Assembly: GCF_020036995.1 (NCBI RefSeq)
Contig: NZ_JAIQDD010000010.1
Location: 225,433 to 289,432 of the forward strand
From: Corallococcus sp. AS-1-12
Lineage (GTDB): Bacteria > Myxococcota > Myxococcia > Myxococcales > Myxococcaceae
Length of the DNA: 64,000 nucleotides
Direction of reading: 5' to 3'
Shown here: one piece after another, positions 35,734 through 45,426 of the stretch
Position numbering within the stretch: position 1 is the first letter of the stretch
Layout: each line of letters opens with the position of its first letter
Translations under genes and position numbers: made by a program
The notes under the pieces: generated by a model
What the model saw: only the letters and a program-made list of their open reading frames with translations
Databases searched by the model: none
What the model was told of the DNA's origin: nothing

Positions 35734-38700
35734 ATGCCCTCCACGCAGCCCATCGATCCCGCTGTCGCGATGCTGGCGCCGTACATGCCGGCGGCCATCC
35801 TCGCGCGGCTCGGGAGCCAGGAGGCGGACGCGCTGCCCCGGGCGGAAGGGGTGCGCGGCGCCATCCTGCTGCTGGACATCGCGGGCTTCACGCCCATCGT
35901 GGTGGGGCTGAGCGGCGCGGGCCCGCGCGGCATCGACGCGCTCCAGCGCCTGCTGACGAACTACTACACGGAGATGATCGACGTGGTCCGCGACCACGGC
36001 GGGGACATCTACCAGTTCGCCGGTGACTCCATCCTCGCGTGCTTCGAGGCCGCGCCCGGGGAGGCGGACGCGGACGTCGTGCAGCGCGCGGCGGTGTGCG
36101 CGCTGGGCGTGCAGCGCCGGCTCGCGCGCTTCGCCCGGCTGGAGCTGCTGGGCCAGCGCTTCGGCGTGTCGTCGCGCATCGGCATCGGGTTCGGGGAGGC
36201 CACCCGCATCGTGATGGGCGCCACCGGCCTGTGGATGCACCCGGCGCTCGTGGGAGAGCCGCTGGCGCAGGCGGTGGGCGCGGAGAAGCAGGCCACGGTG
36301 TCGGAGGTCGTCCTGAGCCCGCGCGCGTGGGCGGCCCTGCCGGAGTCCGCGCGCAAGGGCGAGCCGCGCGAGGGCGGCAACCACCGGCTGGCGCTGGACG
36401 CGCCGGTGGAGTCGGTGAAGCGCCCGCTGCCCGCGCCCACGGGCGGCGCGGAGCTGGTGGGCCGGTGCGCGCTGCTGCTGCACCCGGTGCTCTTCACGAA
36501 GATCACCACCGCGCACCAGGAGTTCGCGGGCGACTTCCGCGACGTCACCTGCTTCTTCGTGCGCTTCACCCACGCGCAACCGGACGCGGATCCGGACACC
36601 TTCACCCGCGACCTCAACGCCTACTACGAATATGTCCAGCGCGAGTCCGCCCACCACGGCGGCGTGCTGCTGATGACGGACTTCACGGACAAGGGCAACG
36701 TGCTCTACGTCCTGTTCGGCGCGCCCACCGCCCAGCAGAACAAGGAGGTGCTGGCGTGCCGGCTGGCCTGCAAGCTGCTCAAGGCCCGCGAGCAGTTCCC
36801 CTTCCTGGACGAGCTGCAGATCGGCATCGCCACCGGCCACGCCTACTGCGGGGACATGGGCTCGCCCACGCGCAAGGGCTACTCGGCGCTGGGCGAGGTC
36901 GTGAACATGGCCGCGCGCCTGATGACGCACGGCGGACGCCAGGACGGCGTGCACCTGTGCGCCAACACCCAGGCGCGCTCACAGCAGGGCGGCTTCGCCA
37001 CCGAGTTCGTGGAGGACGCGAAGCTCAAGGGCGTCTCGCGCTCGGTGCCGGTGTACCGGCTGCTGGGAGAGACGCGCCGCGGCCTCTTCATCAAGGGCCG
37101 GGGCGACATCATCGGCCGCAGCCGTGAGCTCAACGTGCTGCACGCGTCGCTCAACGCGGCCTTCGCCGGCCAGGGCCGCGTGTGCGTGGTGTCCGGAGAG
37201 GCGGGCATCGGCAAGTCGCGGCTGGGCGCGCGCGTGCTGGAGGACGCGGAGGAGGGCGGCGCCCGGGCGCTGTACGGCGTCTGCTACTCCTACGAGGCCT
37301 TCACCCCCTTCTTCCCCTGGAAGGAGGTCCTGCTCCAGGCGTTCGGCCTGCACGACTCGGACGACACCGACGCGCAGCTCGCGCGCCTGCGGCAGGGGCT
37401 GGAGGGACTGGAGGACGTGGGGCCGGAGTGGATCCCCGTGGTCGCGGGCATCCTCGGCATGTCGCTGGAGGAGACGTCCGCCACCGCGGGGATGGACGCG
37501 CGGCGCAAGCAGCAGAAGGTGTTTCAAATCGTCTTCCAGCTCCTGGAGAAGCTCAGCCGCGCGCAGCCGCTGCTGCTCTTCTTCGAGGACCTGCACTGGG
37601 CGGACTACATCTCGTTGGACCTGCTCCAGTACCTGGCGGTGCGCGTGGGCTCGCACCGCATCATGGTGCTGGCGACCATGCGCCCGGGCGACCAGCTCCG
37701 CGGGCTGCGCGACCTGCCGGAGTTCATCCCGCTGGACCTGGTGAGCCTGGACGACGAGGACACGCGGGCGCTGTTGCGCGTGCACCTGCGCCTGTCGCCG
37801 CCGGACGTGGCGCTGGAGGACCGGCTGCTCGCGAAGGTGCAGGGCAACCCGTTCTTCATCGAGTCCATCGTGGAGGGCCTGGCGGAGCAGGGCTACCTGG
37901 GGCCGGTGGAGCCCGGCTCGCCGCGCATGGAGTTGAAGCGTGGCCTGCAGGACCTGCTCCTGCCGGACTCCATCCAGGACGTGGTGCTGTCGCGCATCGA
38001 CCTGCTCAGCGAGACGGAGAAGCTGGTGGTGAAGGTGGCGTCCGTCATCGGGCGCATCTTCACGCTGGACGCGGTGGCGGCGCTGGTGCCCACGCTGGGC
38101 CACGCCATGCTGCGCGAGGCCATGGACACGCTCCAGCGCCTGGGCCTCATCCTGCTGGAGACGGAGGAGCCGTACACCTGCCTCTTCAAGCACATCGTCA
38201 TCCGCGACGTGGCCTACAACACGCTGCTGGTGTCCGCGCGCGAGGACCTGCACCGCCGGCTCGCGCGCTACCTGGAGGCCCGCGCCAACGACAACCTCGC
38301 GGGCTCCGCGGGTCTGCTCGCGTTCCACTTCCTCGCGGGCAACGTGGAGGACAAGGGCCTGGAGTACACGCTGATGGCGGCCCGCAGCGCGCGGGCGCAG
38401 TACGCGAACGACGACGCGCTCTACCACTACAACCGGGGCCTGGAGCTGCTGGGCACCGTCGTGCCGGTGGACCCGGAGGCGACGCTGCTCCAGACGCGCC
38501 GGGTGATGCAGGAGCTGGCGGAGACGCTGCTCCAGGCGGGCGACTACGCCAACGCCATCCTGATGTTCGAGCAGTGCCTGGTGGACGAGGAGGAGCCTCC
38601 CCGCCAGGCGGAGCTGCACCTGGGCCTGGGCCGCGCGCACCAGGAGAAGGGCGAGTCCGCGCTCGCCACGCAGCACCTGGAGAAGTCGCTGGTGCTGCGG

Positions 38701-40038
38701 GGCCGCAGCCTCCCGGGGAACCTGGCCACGCTGGGCCTGCGCACGCTGGCGAACCTCCTGCTGCGGGGGCTCGCGTCGCTTTTGCCCTTCATCCTGCGCC
38801 CGCTGCCGGCGGCGCGGCTGGGCAACTACCTGCAGCAGTTGTCCACGCTCAACTCGCTCATCCGCATCTACTACTTCGCGGACATCACCAAGCTCACCTG
38901 GGCGACGCTGGTGTCCACCAACATGGCGGAGCGCTCGCGCAGCGACTACGCCAGGAGCCTGGCGCGCGGCTACTACGGCACGCTCCTGTTCGGCGCGGGG
39001 CTGCTCGGCCGCGCGCGCTACCACTGCGAGAAGGCGCTGGAGTACGCCCGGCGCTCCAAGGACCCCGTGGCGGAGGGGCTCGCGCTCAGCCGCCTGGGCA
39101 TCCAGGCCTTCTTCGCCAACGAGCTGGAGCGCGCGAGAGAGTTCCAGGAGGAGGCCGTCTCCACGCTGCGCCAGGTGGGCGAGCGCTGGGAGCGCCAGAC
39201 GTCGCTGATGATGCAGGCCACGGGCGAGTTCCTCCACTCGCGCTTCCGCGCCGCGGTGGTGCTCTACGAGCAGATGGGGGCCATCGGCGTGGAGCTCAAC
39301 GCGCTGATGCACCAGGGCTGGGCGCACTCGTGGGCGCCCATGTGCCGCTACCTCATGGGCGAAGGCGACGTGGGCGAATTGTGCGCGGAGCTGGAGCAGG
39401 GCCTGCGCATCAGTGTGGAGGTGGCGGACCTGGCCAACCAGTGCGCCAGCCTGAACCACCTGGCCAACGTCACGGTGCGCGAGCACCAGGTGGAGGAGGC
39501 GGCGCTCGTCGCGGTGCGCTGCTTCAAGAGCATCTGGAGCTACCAGGTGATGGTGCCCTTCCTCCAGGTGGGGCTGGTGGACGCGGCGGAGGCGGCCCTC
39601 TTCGCGCTGGAGGAGGGCGCCACGGTGGTGCCGCGCAAGAAGCTGCTGAAGATCGTCAAGCTGGCGTGCATCAAGGCGCGCGTCATCGCCCGGCTCTATC
39701 CGTACCTGAAGGGCCCGGCGCTGCGCGTGACGGCGCGCTCGCTGGCCCTGCGCAAGGGGCCGAAGGCCGCGGAGCCGGTGTTCCTGGAGGCCATCGCCGT
39801 CCTGGAGAAGAGCCCCAACCGCTGGGAGACGGGCGTGGCCTACTTCGACGCGGCGGTGGCCCTGCCGCACCGGCGCGAGGACTTCCTCGCCCGGGCGCGC
39901 GCCATCTTCACGGAGGTGGAGGCCCGCGCGGAGCTGCGCCGCGTGGACCGCTTCCAGGCCACGCTCCAGGCCCCGCCGGCCCCGGCGCTCGTCGCCGCGC
40001 CCCGGGCCTCGCAGGTCCGTGACGCTCGCGTGATGTGA
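35734..40038 (+). CDS. Large multidomain signalling protein (1434 aa): tandem class III adenylate/guanylate cyclase homology domains, an AAA/STAND NTPase (P-loop GEAGIGKSRL) and a TPR/alpha-helical C-terminal region
   Basis: The first CHD carries LLLDIAGFT...GD..L...EA (catalytic-like). The second CHD carries FFVRFTHA in place of F-x-D-I-x-G-F-T and so appears degenerate. Walker A GEAGIGKSR and Walker B-like LLLFFEDLHWAD are present. Confidence 0.85.
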   Translation: MPSTQPIDPAVAMLAPYMPAAILARLGSQEADALPRAEGVRGAILLLDIAGFTPIVVGLSGAGPRGIDALQRLLTNYYTEMIDVVRDHGGDIYQFAGDSILACFEAAPGEADADVVQRAAVCALGVQRRLARFARLELLGQRFGVSSRIGIGFGEATRIVMGATGLWMHPALVGEPLAQAVGAEKQATVSEVVLSPRAWAALPESARKGEPREGGNHRLALDAPVESVKRPLPAPTGGAELVGRCALLLHPVLFTKITTAHQEFAGDFRDVTCFFVRFTHAQPDADPDTFTRDLNAYYEYVQRESAHHGGVLLMTDFTDKGNVLYVLFGAPTAQQNKEVLACRLACKLLKAREQFPFLDELQIGIATGHAYCGDMGSPTRKGYSALGEVVNMAARLMTHGGRQDGVHLCANTQARSQQGGFATEFVEDAKLKGVSRSVPVYRLLGETRRGLFIKGRGDIIGRSRELNVLHASLNAAFAGQGRVCVVSGEAGIGKSRLGARVLEDAEEGGARALYGVCYSYEAFTPFFPWKEVLLQAFGLHDSDDTDAQLARLRQGLEGLEDVGPEWIPVVAGILGMSLEETSATAGMDARRKQQKVFQIVFQLLEKLSRAQPLLLFFEDLHWADYISLDLLQYLAVRVGSHRIMVLATMRPGDQLRGLRDLPEFIPLDLVSLDDEDTRALLRVHLRLSPPDVALEDRLLAKVQGNPFFIESIVEGLAEQGYLGPVEPGSPRMELKRGLQDLLLPDSIQDVVLSRIDLLSETEKLVVKVASVIGRIFTLDAVAALVPTLGHAMLREAMDTLQRLGLILLETEEPYTCLFKHIVIRDVAYNTLLVSAREDLHRRLARYLEARANDNLAGSAGLLAFHFLAGNVEDKGLEYTLMAARSARAQYANDDALYHYNRGLELLGTVVPVDPEATLLQTRRVMQELAETLLQAGDYANAILMFEQCLVDEEEPPRQAELHLGLGRAHQEKGESALATQHLEKSLVLRGRSLPGNLATLGLRTLANLLLRGLASLLPFILRPLPAARLGNYLQQLSTLNSLIRIYYFADITKLTWATLVSTNMAERSRSDYARSLARGYYGTLLFGAGLLGRARYHCEKALEYARRSKDPVAEGLALSRLGIQAFFANELERAREFQEEAVSTLRQVGERWERQTSLMMQATGEFLHSRFRAAVVLYEQMGAIGVELNALMHQGWAHSWAPMCRYLMGEGDVGELCAELEQGLRISVEVADLANQCASLNHLANVTVREHQVEEAALVAVRCFKSIWSYQVMVPFLQVGLVDAAEAALFALEEGATVVPRKKLLKIVKLACIKARVIARLYPYLKGPALRVTARSLALRKGPKAAEPVFLEAIAVLEKSPNRWETGVAYFDAAVALPHRREDFLARARAIFTEVEARAELRRVDRFQATLQAPPAPALVAAPRASQVRDARVM

Positions 40039-40118
40039 CGCGCCGGACGCGCATTCCTTGTCCCGTCAGGCGGGGCCCCTAGACTGCGTGCTTCTTCCTC
40101 GACCTCCGCACCGGGCTC

Positions 40119-40949
40119 ATGACCACCGCGCCGCTCCGCTTCCAGCTCAGTCCCGTCATCGTCGTCTACATGCTCGTGGTCCACGGCCTGGCCGCGCTGG
40201 CGTTCATCCTGCCCTGGCCGCCGTACGCGCTGCCGGTGGCGCTGGCCGTGTACGTGTCCATTGGCTTGGGCACGACGGTGGGGCTGCACCGGCTCTTGTG
40301 CCACCGCGCCTTCGCGTGCCCCCGCTGGGTGGAGTACGCGCTGGTGACGGTGGCCATGCTCACGGCGCAGGGCAGCCCGCTCCTGTGGGCCGCCAACCAC
40401 CGGCTGCACCACGCGAAGGCGGACGCGGACGGGGACGTGCACTCGCCGGTGCGCGGCTTCTGGTACGCGCACATGGGGTGGATCCTCAACGAGGCCTCCA
40501 CGGAGGAGGACGGCTGGCGCACCTGGTGCCGCGACATGGCGGACGACGGCTACTACCACTGGCTCTTGCGCTACCGCATCGCGCCGCAGGTGCTGGCGGT
40601 GCTCTTCGTGGGGCTGACCTTCGGCTGGCGCACGGTGCCCGCGTACTTCTTCCTGCCCGTGGTGTGCTGGATGCAGAGCACCTACGCGGTGAACTCCGTG
40701 TGCCACGCCGCGTTCGGACACCGCGACCACGACACGCGCGACCACAGCCGCAACGTGTGGTGGGTGAGCGTGCTCGCGCTGGGCGAGGGCTGGCACAACA
40801 ACCACCACGCCTTCCCCGCGTCCGCGCGGCACGGCTGGGTGTGGTGGCAGTGGGACCCGGGCTGGCTCTTCATCCGGGCGCTCCAGGCCCTGGGGCTGGC
40901 GTGGGACGTGCGCCTGCCGTCCCGGCTCAGGTCAGGACCTGCGGCGTGA
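40119..40949 (+). CDS. Membrane fatty-acyl desaturase, acyl-CoA (delta-9/stearoyl-CoA)-type
   Basis: Three histidine boxes typical of the family: HRLLCHR, HRLHHAKAD..DVHSP, and HNNHHAFP. Confidence 0.85.
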   Translation: MTTAPLRFQLSPVIVVYMLVVHGLAALAFILPWPPYALPVALAVYVSIGLGTTVGLHRLLCHRAFACPRWVEYALVTVAMLTAQGSPLLWAANHRLHHAKADADGDVHSPVRGFWYAHMGWILNEASTEEDGWRTWCRDMADDGYYHWLLRYRIAPQVLAVLFVGLTFGWRTVPAYFFLPVVCWMQSTYAVNSVCHAAFGHRDHDTRDHSRNVWWVSVLALGEGWHNNHHAFPASARHGWVWWQWDPGWLFIRALQALGLAWDVRLPSRLRSGPAA

Positions 40950-42342
40950 GGCCCAGCGCGGGCATCCGCTCCGCGTCCCACGCTTCAATGGCGTCCAGCC
41001 CCGCGATGTAGCGGCGCTCCGGGTTCTTCACCGGGTTGCGGATGCTGACGATTTCGGGCCCGGAGAAGAGGATGGTCTGCTTGTAGCGGGGCAGGTCGCT
41101 CATCATCAGCTTGGACGCGTAGTGCCGCGCGATGTTGGGCAGGCTGCCCAGCGTGCGGCACAGCCGCTGGAAGTGCTCCACCACCTCCGACGCGTGCATC
41201 TGCTTGGGCCGGTGGCACAGCGTGTAGCCGTCGTAGTCGCGGCTGGTGGTGCCGGGCAGGAGCCGGTCCTCGGCCTTCAGTTCGCGGAAGAAGGGCGTCT
41301 CCGGATACGGGCACACGATGCCCAGGAACGTGACGGAGAAGTACTTCAGGTCCGCCAGGTAGTCCGGCAGCCGGTGCAGGTACTCGTTGGTGTCGCCGTC
41401 CGAGCCAACGATGAGCCCGAAGGACAGCAGGATGCCGGCGGAGAAGACGCGGCGGATGACGGTGTCCACCTCCGACAGCTTGTTCTGGCCCTTGTTCATC
41501 GCCTTGAGCGAGTCCGGGTTGAGTGACTCCAGGCCGGTGTAGACGTAGCGGCAGCCCGCCTTCGCCATCAGCTTCACCAGCGACTCGTCCTTGAGCACGT
41601 TGAAGGTGAGCGCGCAGCCCCACGTCTTCTTCAGGGGGATGAGCGCTTCGCACAGCGCGCGCAGGTACTTGGGCGAGCCGCCCAGGTTGTTGTCCAGGAA
41701 GACGAACGCGTCCCCCATCAGCCCCAGGAAGTTCGGGTTCCAGCGCATGCGCGTCTGGATTTCGTCGATGACCTCCGGGATGGGCCGGAAGCGGTAGCGC
41801 TCGTGGCCGGTGAGCACGCAGAAGTTGCACGTGAAGGGGCAGCCGCGCGACGCCTCGATGCCCGGCAGGCGCACCTTGTTGTGCGTGAAGTCGATGAGCT
41901 CGTAGCGGTACGGCCGGATGGCCGCGGCGCCCTGCGACGGCAGGCTGTAGCGGGGCTTGAGCTCACCCTTCTCGAAGTCCGCGATGAGCGCCGGCACGTT
42001 GGACTCCGGCTCCCCGGTGATGACCGCGTCGAAGTACTTCGCCGCGTCGTCCGGGAAGTGGCTCGCGTGCCGGCCTCCCGCCACCGTCGTCATTCCGCGC
42101 TGACGGAAGAGGGTGGAGAGCACCTTGGTGTGCTCGTAGTACGAGTGCAGGTACGAGAAGAAGACCAGGTCCCAGTGCCGGTCCAGCGGCAGGTCCGCCT
42201 CCTTCTCGTTGAAGATCTCCACCTCGGCGTGCTCCGGGCACAGGCCCGCGATGAGCTCCGGCACGGAGGACTGCATGATGGAGGGTTCCTTGATTCGCAG
42301 CCGGGTCGGATGGGTGTACGTGGCGATGATGGCGATGCGCAT
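40927..42342 (-). CDS. B12-binding (cobalamin-dependent, class B) radical SAM protein
   Basis: Radical SAM cluster motif CPFTCNFC (CxxxCxxC). An N-terminal Rossmann-like B12-binding region precedes it. Its 3' end overlaps the desaturase 3' end by 23 nt (convergent). Confidence 0.85.
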   Translation of the reverse strand: MRIAIIATYTHPTRLRIKEPSIMQSSVPELIAGLCPEHAEVEIFNEKEADLPLDRHWDLVFFSYLHSYYEHTKVLSTLFRQRGMTTVAGGRHASHFPDDAAKYFDAVITGEPESNVPALIADFEKGELKPRYSLPSQGAAAIRPYRYELIDFTHNKVRLPGIEASRGCPFTCNFCVLTGHERYRFRPIPEVIDEIQTRMRWNPNFLGLMGDAFVFLDNNLGGSPKYLRALCEALIPLKKTWGCALTFNVLKDESLVKLMAKAGCRYVYTGLESLNPDSLKAMNKGQNKLSEVDTVIRRVFSAGILLSFGLIVGSDGDTNEYLHRLPDYLADLKYFSVTFLGIVCPYPETPFFRELKAEDRLLPGTTSRDYDGYTLCHRPKQMHASEVVEHFQRLCRTLGSLPNIARHYASKLMMSDLPRYKQTILFSGPEIVSIRNPVKNPERRYIAGLDAIEAWDAERMPALGLTPQVLT

Positions 42343-42565
42343 GCGAGCGGGCCCGGCGGCGCACGCGGCGGAAACGGGGGCGCGCGCGTTCGTGTTTTCA
42401 CCTGCCGGACCGCGTCCCCCTTCGTCGGTGGAGGATCACCCGGAGTCCGGGCGGTGGCAAAGGATCTCCCTCACGAACACCACACGCTCCGCGTGTTTCC
42501 GGTGGCAGCGGACGACCCAGGAGGACCTATCTCGCGTGGGGGGCGTACTGATAGATCTTTGAAAC

Positions 42566-44353
42566 ATGGATACTTCTCCTTCGCCAGCCGCCCCGGGTTG
42601 GCCGTTTAAGCGTTACTTCTGGATTTCCATCGTGCTCGCGGTGGCGCTGGGCGCGACGGCGTTGCGCTCGGGGTTCATGCCGGATGACTTCATCTGGCTG
42701 GGCGTCTGGGACAACATTCCGCCGCCCGCGCCGCTGGGCAACACGCACCTGGACGTGTACCGCACGGCCACCGGCATCCCGGAGCACACGCTGCGTCTGG
42801 CGGAGGTGGGCGTCTTCCCGTGGTGGGTGGAGCCCACCGTGCGCGTCGCGTTCTTCCGGCCCCTGGGCAGCCTGCTCTACGGGCTGGATCACGTGCTCTA
42901 CAACCGCGTCGCCGTGGCCTACCAGCTCCACTCGCTGCTCTGGTACGTGGGCCTGGTGGCGGTGGCGGGCCTGCTGCTCAAGCGCGTGCTGCCCACGGCG
43001 GTGGCGGGCGTGGCGATGGTCCTCTTCGCCCTCTGGGGCTCCCACGCGGCGGTGCTGGGCTGGCTGTCCTACCGCAGCGTGGTGATGTCGCTGCTCTTCG
43101 GCATCCTCGGCATCTCCCTGCACGTGAAGTGGCGGGAGGAGAAGCGCACGGGCGCGCTGGTGGGCGCGCTGGTGTCCTTCGCGCTCGCGCTCCTCTGCGG
43201 TGAGACGATGGTCATCCTCAGCCCGTACGTGCTGGCCTACGAGGCCTTCTCCGGCCCGGGGCAGGCGAAGGACAAGCTCAAGGGGCTCATCCCGTTCGGC
43301 GTGCTGATGGCCCTCTACTTCGCGGCGTACCGGGCCATGGGCTACGGCGCGGGCGGCTCGGACATGTACCTGGACGCGCTGGGGACGCCGGTGGCGTGGT
43401 TCCAGGCGATGCTCGGGCGCGTGCCGGCCGCCATCGCGGGGCTGACGCTGAACGCACCGCCGGACTTCATCTTCGATCAATCCCTGGTGCCCCTCTTCAC
43501 CGTCCTGGGCGCGGTGGGCTTCACGCTGTTCGCGCTGCTCGTGTGGGGCGTGTGGCCCCGGCTGGAGGCCGCGGAGAAGCGCACGGTGGGCTGGATGCTG
43601 ACGGGCGCGTTCGTGTCCACGTGGCTGTCCAACTCCGCCTTCGCCGGCTCGCGCACGCTCATCGTGCCCAGCCTGGGCATGGCGGTGGGTTTGGCCGTGG
43701 TGCTGCGCCACGCGTGGAAGGGGCGGGCGCTCAAGCTCCGCGCGGGCGCGGTGGTGGCCGGCGCGGCGGTGATGGCCCTCATCCACGTCGTGGGCTCGCC
43801 GTACCTCTGGTGGCAGACCATGGAGCAGTACTCGCAGGCGGACGCGCTCATGGGGCGCGTGCAGGCGCGCTACGAGGAGGCGTTCGATCAGACGAAGCTC
43901 CCCAACCAGCGCGTGGTGGTGCTCAACGCCCCCAACGGCATCATCGGCATCTACGGCTCCGTGCGCTGGTGGTCCTCGGGCAACCCCCTGCCCAAGGCCT
44001 GGTGGGTGCTGTCCTATTCGCTCCACGAGCAGAAGGTGACGCGCACCGGCCCCAACTCGCTGGAGCTGGCGCTCACCCGGGGCGGCCACTTCCTGGACTC
44101 CGTGGAGGAGCGCATCCACCGCGCCGCGCGCCACCCGGTGCGCCAGGGCGACGAGTTCGACATGAAGGGCATGAAGGTGCGGATCGAGGAGGCGGACGCG
44201 CAGGGCCCCACGCGCATCTCCTACACCTTCGACGTGCCGCTGGAGGACCCGTCGCTGAAGCTGGTCCAGTGGCAGAACAAGAAGGTGGTGCCCTGGGTGC
44301 CGCCGGCCGTGGGCGGGCCGCCGTCCGCCCTCAACGTCCGGGCCGTGCAGTAG
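42566..44353 (+). CDS. Large polytopic membrane protein (~12 TM helices plus a C-terminal soluble domain). Possibly a lipid/glycan transferase-like membrane enzyme (GT-C/ArnT-like topology); function unknown.
   Basis: Hydrophobicity pattern, ATG at 42566, and divergent from the radical SAM gene across a 223-nt intergenic region. Confidence 0.65.
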   Translation: MDTSPSPAAPGWPFKRYFWISIVLAVALGATALRSGFMPDDFIWLGVWDNIPPPAPLGNTHLDVYRTATGIPEHTLRLAEVGVFPWWVEPTVRVAFFRPLGSLLYGLDHVLYNRVAVAYQLHSLLWYVGLVAVAGLLLKRVLPTAVAGVAMVLFALWGSHAAVLGWLSYRSVVMSLLFGILGISLHVKWREEKRTGALVGALVSFALALLCGETMVILSPYVLAYEAFSGPGQAKDKLKGLIPFGVLMALYFAAYRAMGYGAGGSDMYLDALGTPVAWFQAMLGRVPAAIAGLTLNAPPDFIFDQSLVPLFTVLGAVGFTLFALLVWGVWPRLEAAEKRTVGWMLTGAFVSTWLSNSAFAGSRTLIVPSLGMAVGLAVVLRHAWKGRALKLRAGAVVAGAAVMALIHVVGSPYLWWQTMEQYSQADALMGRVQARYEEAFDQTKLPNQRVVVLNAPNGIIGIYGSVRWWSSGNPLPKAWWVLSYSLHEQKVTRTGPNSLELALTRGGHFLDSVEERIHRAARHPVRQGDEFDMKGMKVRIEEADAQGPTRISYTFDVPLEDPSLKLVQWQNKKVVPWVPPAVGGPPSALNVRAVQ

Positions 44354-44399
44354 GCCGGCAGGCGGCGCGGGGGAAGCCTCCCCCGCGCCCGGGCCTGCT

Positions 44400-45425
44400 T
44401 CAGCCCACCATCCGCACCACCGCCAGCGTGAGCCCGTAGACGATGACGGACACCAGCGCGGCGGCGGGGATGGTGAACACCCACGCCCAGATGATGCGGC
44501 CGGCGGTGCCCCACTTCACGGCCCGCCAGCCGCGCGTGGACCCCACGCCGACGATGGCGCCGGTGATGGTGTGCGTGGTGGAGACGGGGATGCCCAGCTC
44601 CGCCAGCGCGATGATGGTGACGCCGCCGCCCGTCTCCGCGCTGAAGCCGCCAATGGGCGCCAGCTTCGTGAGGCTGTGGCCCATGGTGCGGATGATGCGC
44701 CAGCCGCCGAAGAAGGTGCCCAGCGCGATGGCGGCGTGGCAGGAGATGATCATCCACCAGTCGATGTGGAACGGCCGGTCGCGCCAGATGGTGCCGAAGA
44801 GCACCACCGCGATGATGCCCATGACCTTCTGCGCGTCGTTGGTGCCGTGGCTGAAGGAGAAGATGGCGGACGACACCAACTGCAGCCGGCGGAACCAGGT
44901 GTCCACGCGCAGCGGCGTCTGACGGTGCACCGCCCAGGTGCTGGCCAGCATCATCCCGATGCCCAGCGTCATGCCGATGAGCGGCGACAGCACGATGAAG
45001 GCCGCGATGCGCGCGATGCCGCTGCCCACCAGGCCCTCGAAGCCCAGCACGGGGAGCGTGGCGCCAATCATCCCGCCCGCCAGCGCGTGGGACGACGACG
45101 AGGGCAGCCCCCACCACCAGGTGAGCAGGTTCCAGACGATGGCGCCCATCAGCGACGAGAAGATGACCATCAGCACCGCGGTGGGGCCGGCGGCGCGGAG
45201 CATCTCGAAGTTGATGATGCCCTTGCCCATGGTGTTGGCCACGTGCACGCCGCCCGCGAAGGCCGCCACGAAGTTGAAGAACGCGGCCCACGCCACGGCC
45301 AGGTTCGGCGACAGCACGCGCGTGGACACCACGGTGGCGATGGAGTTCGCCGCGTCGTGGAAGCCGTTGATGAAATCGAAGATGAGCGCGACGACGACGA
45401 TGGTGACGACCGCTGCGAGCAGCAT
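44400..45425 (-). CDS. pit: Inorganic phosphate transporter, PiT family
   Basis: Duplicated PiT signature GxNDAxN (INGFHDAANSIAT and FSHGTNDAQKVMG). Confidence 0.85.
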   Translation of the reverse strand: MLLAAVVTIVVVALIFDFINGFHDAANSIATVVSTRVLSPNLAVAWAAFFNFVAAFAGGVHVANTMGKGIINFEMLRAAGPTAVLMVIFSSLMGAIVWNLLTWWWGLPSSSSHALAGGMIGATLPVLGFEGLVGSGIARIAAFIVLSPLIGMTLGIGMMLASTWAVHRQTPLRVDTWFRRLQLVSSAIFSFSHGTNDAQKVMGIIAVVLFGTIWRDRPFHIDWWMIISCHAAIALGTFFGGWRIIRTMGHSLTKLAPIGGFSAETGGGVTIIALAELGIPVSTTHTITGAIVGVGSTRGWRAVKWGTAGRIIWAWVFTIPAAALVSVIVYGLTLAVVRMVG

Positions 45426-45426
45426 C

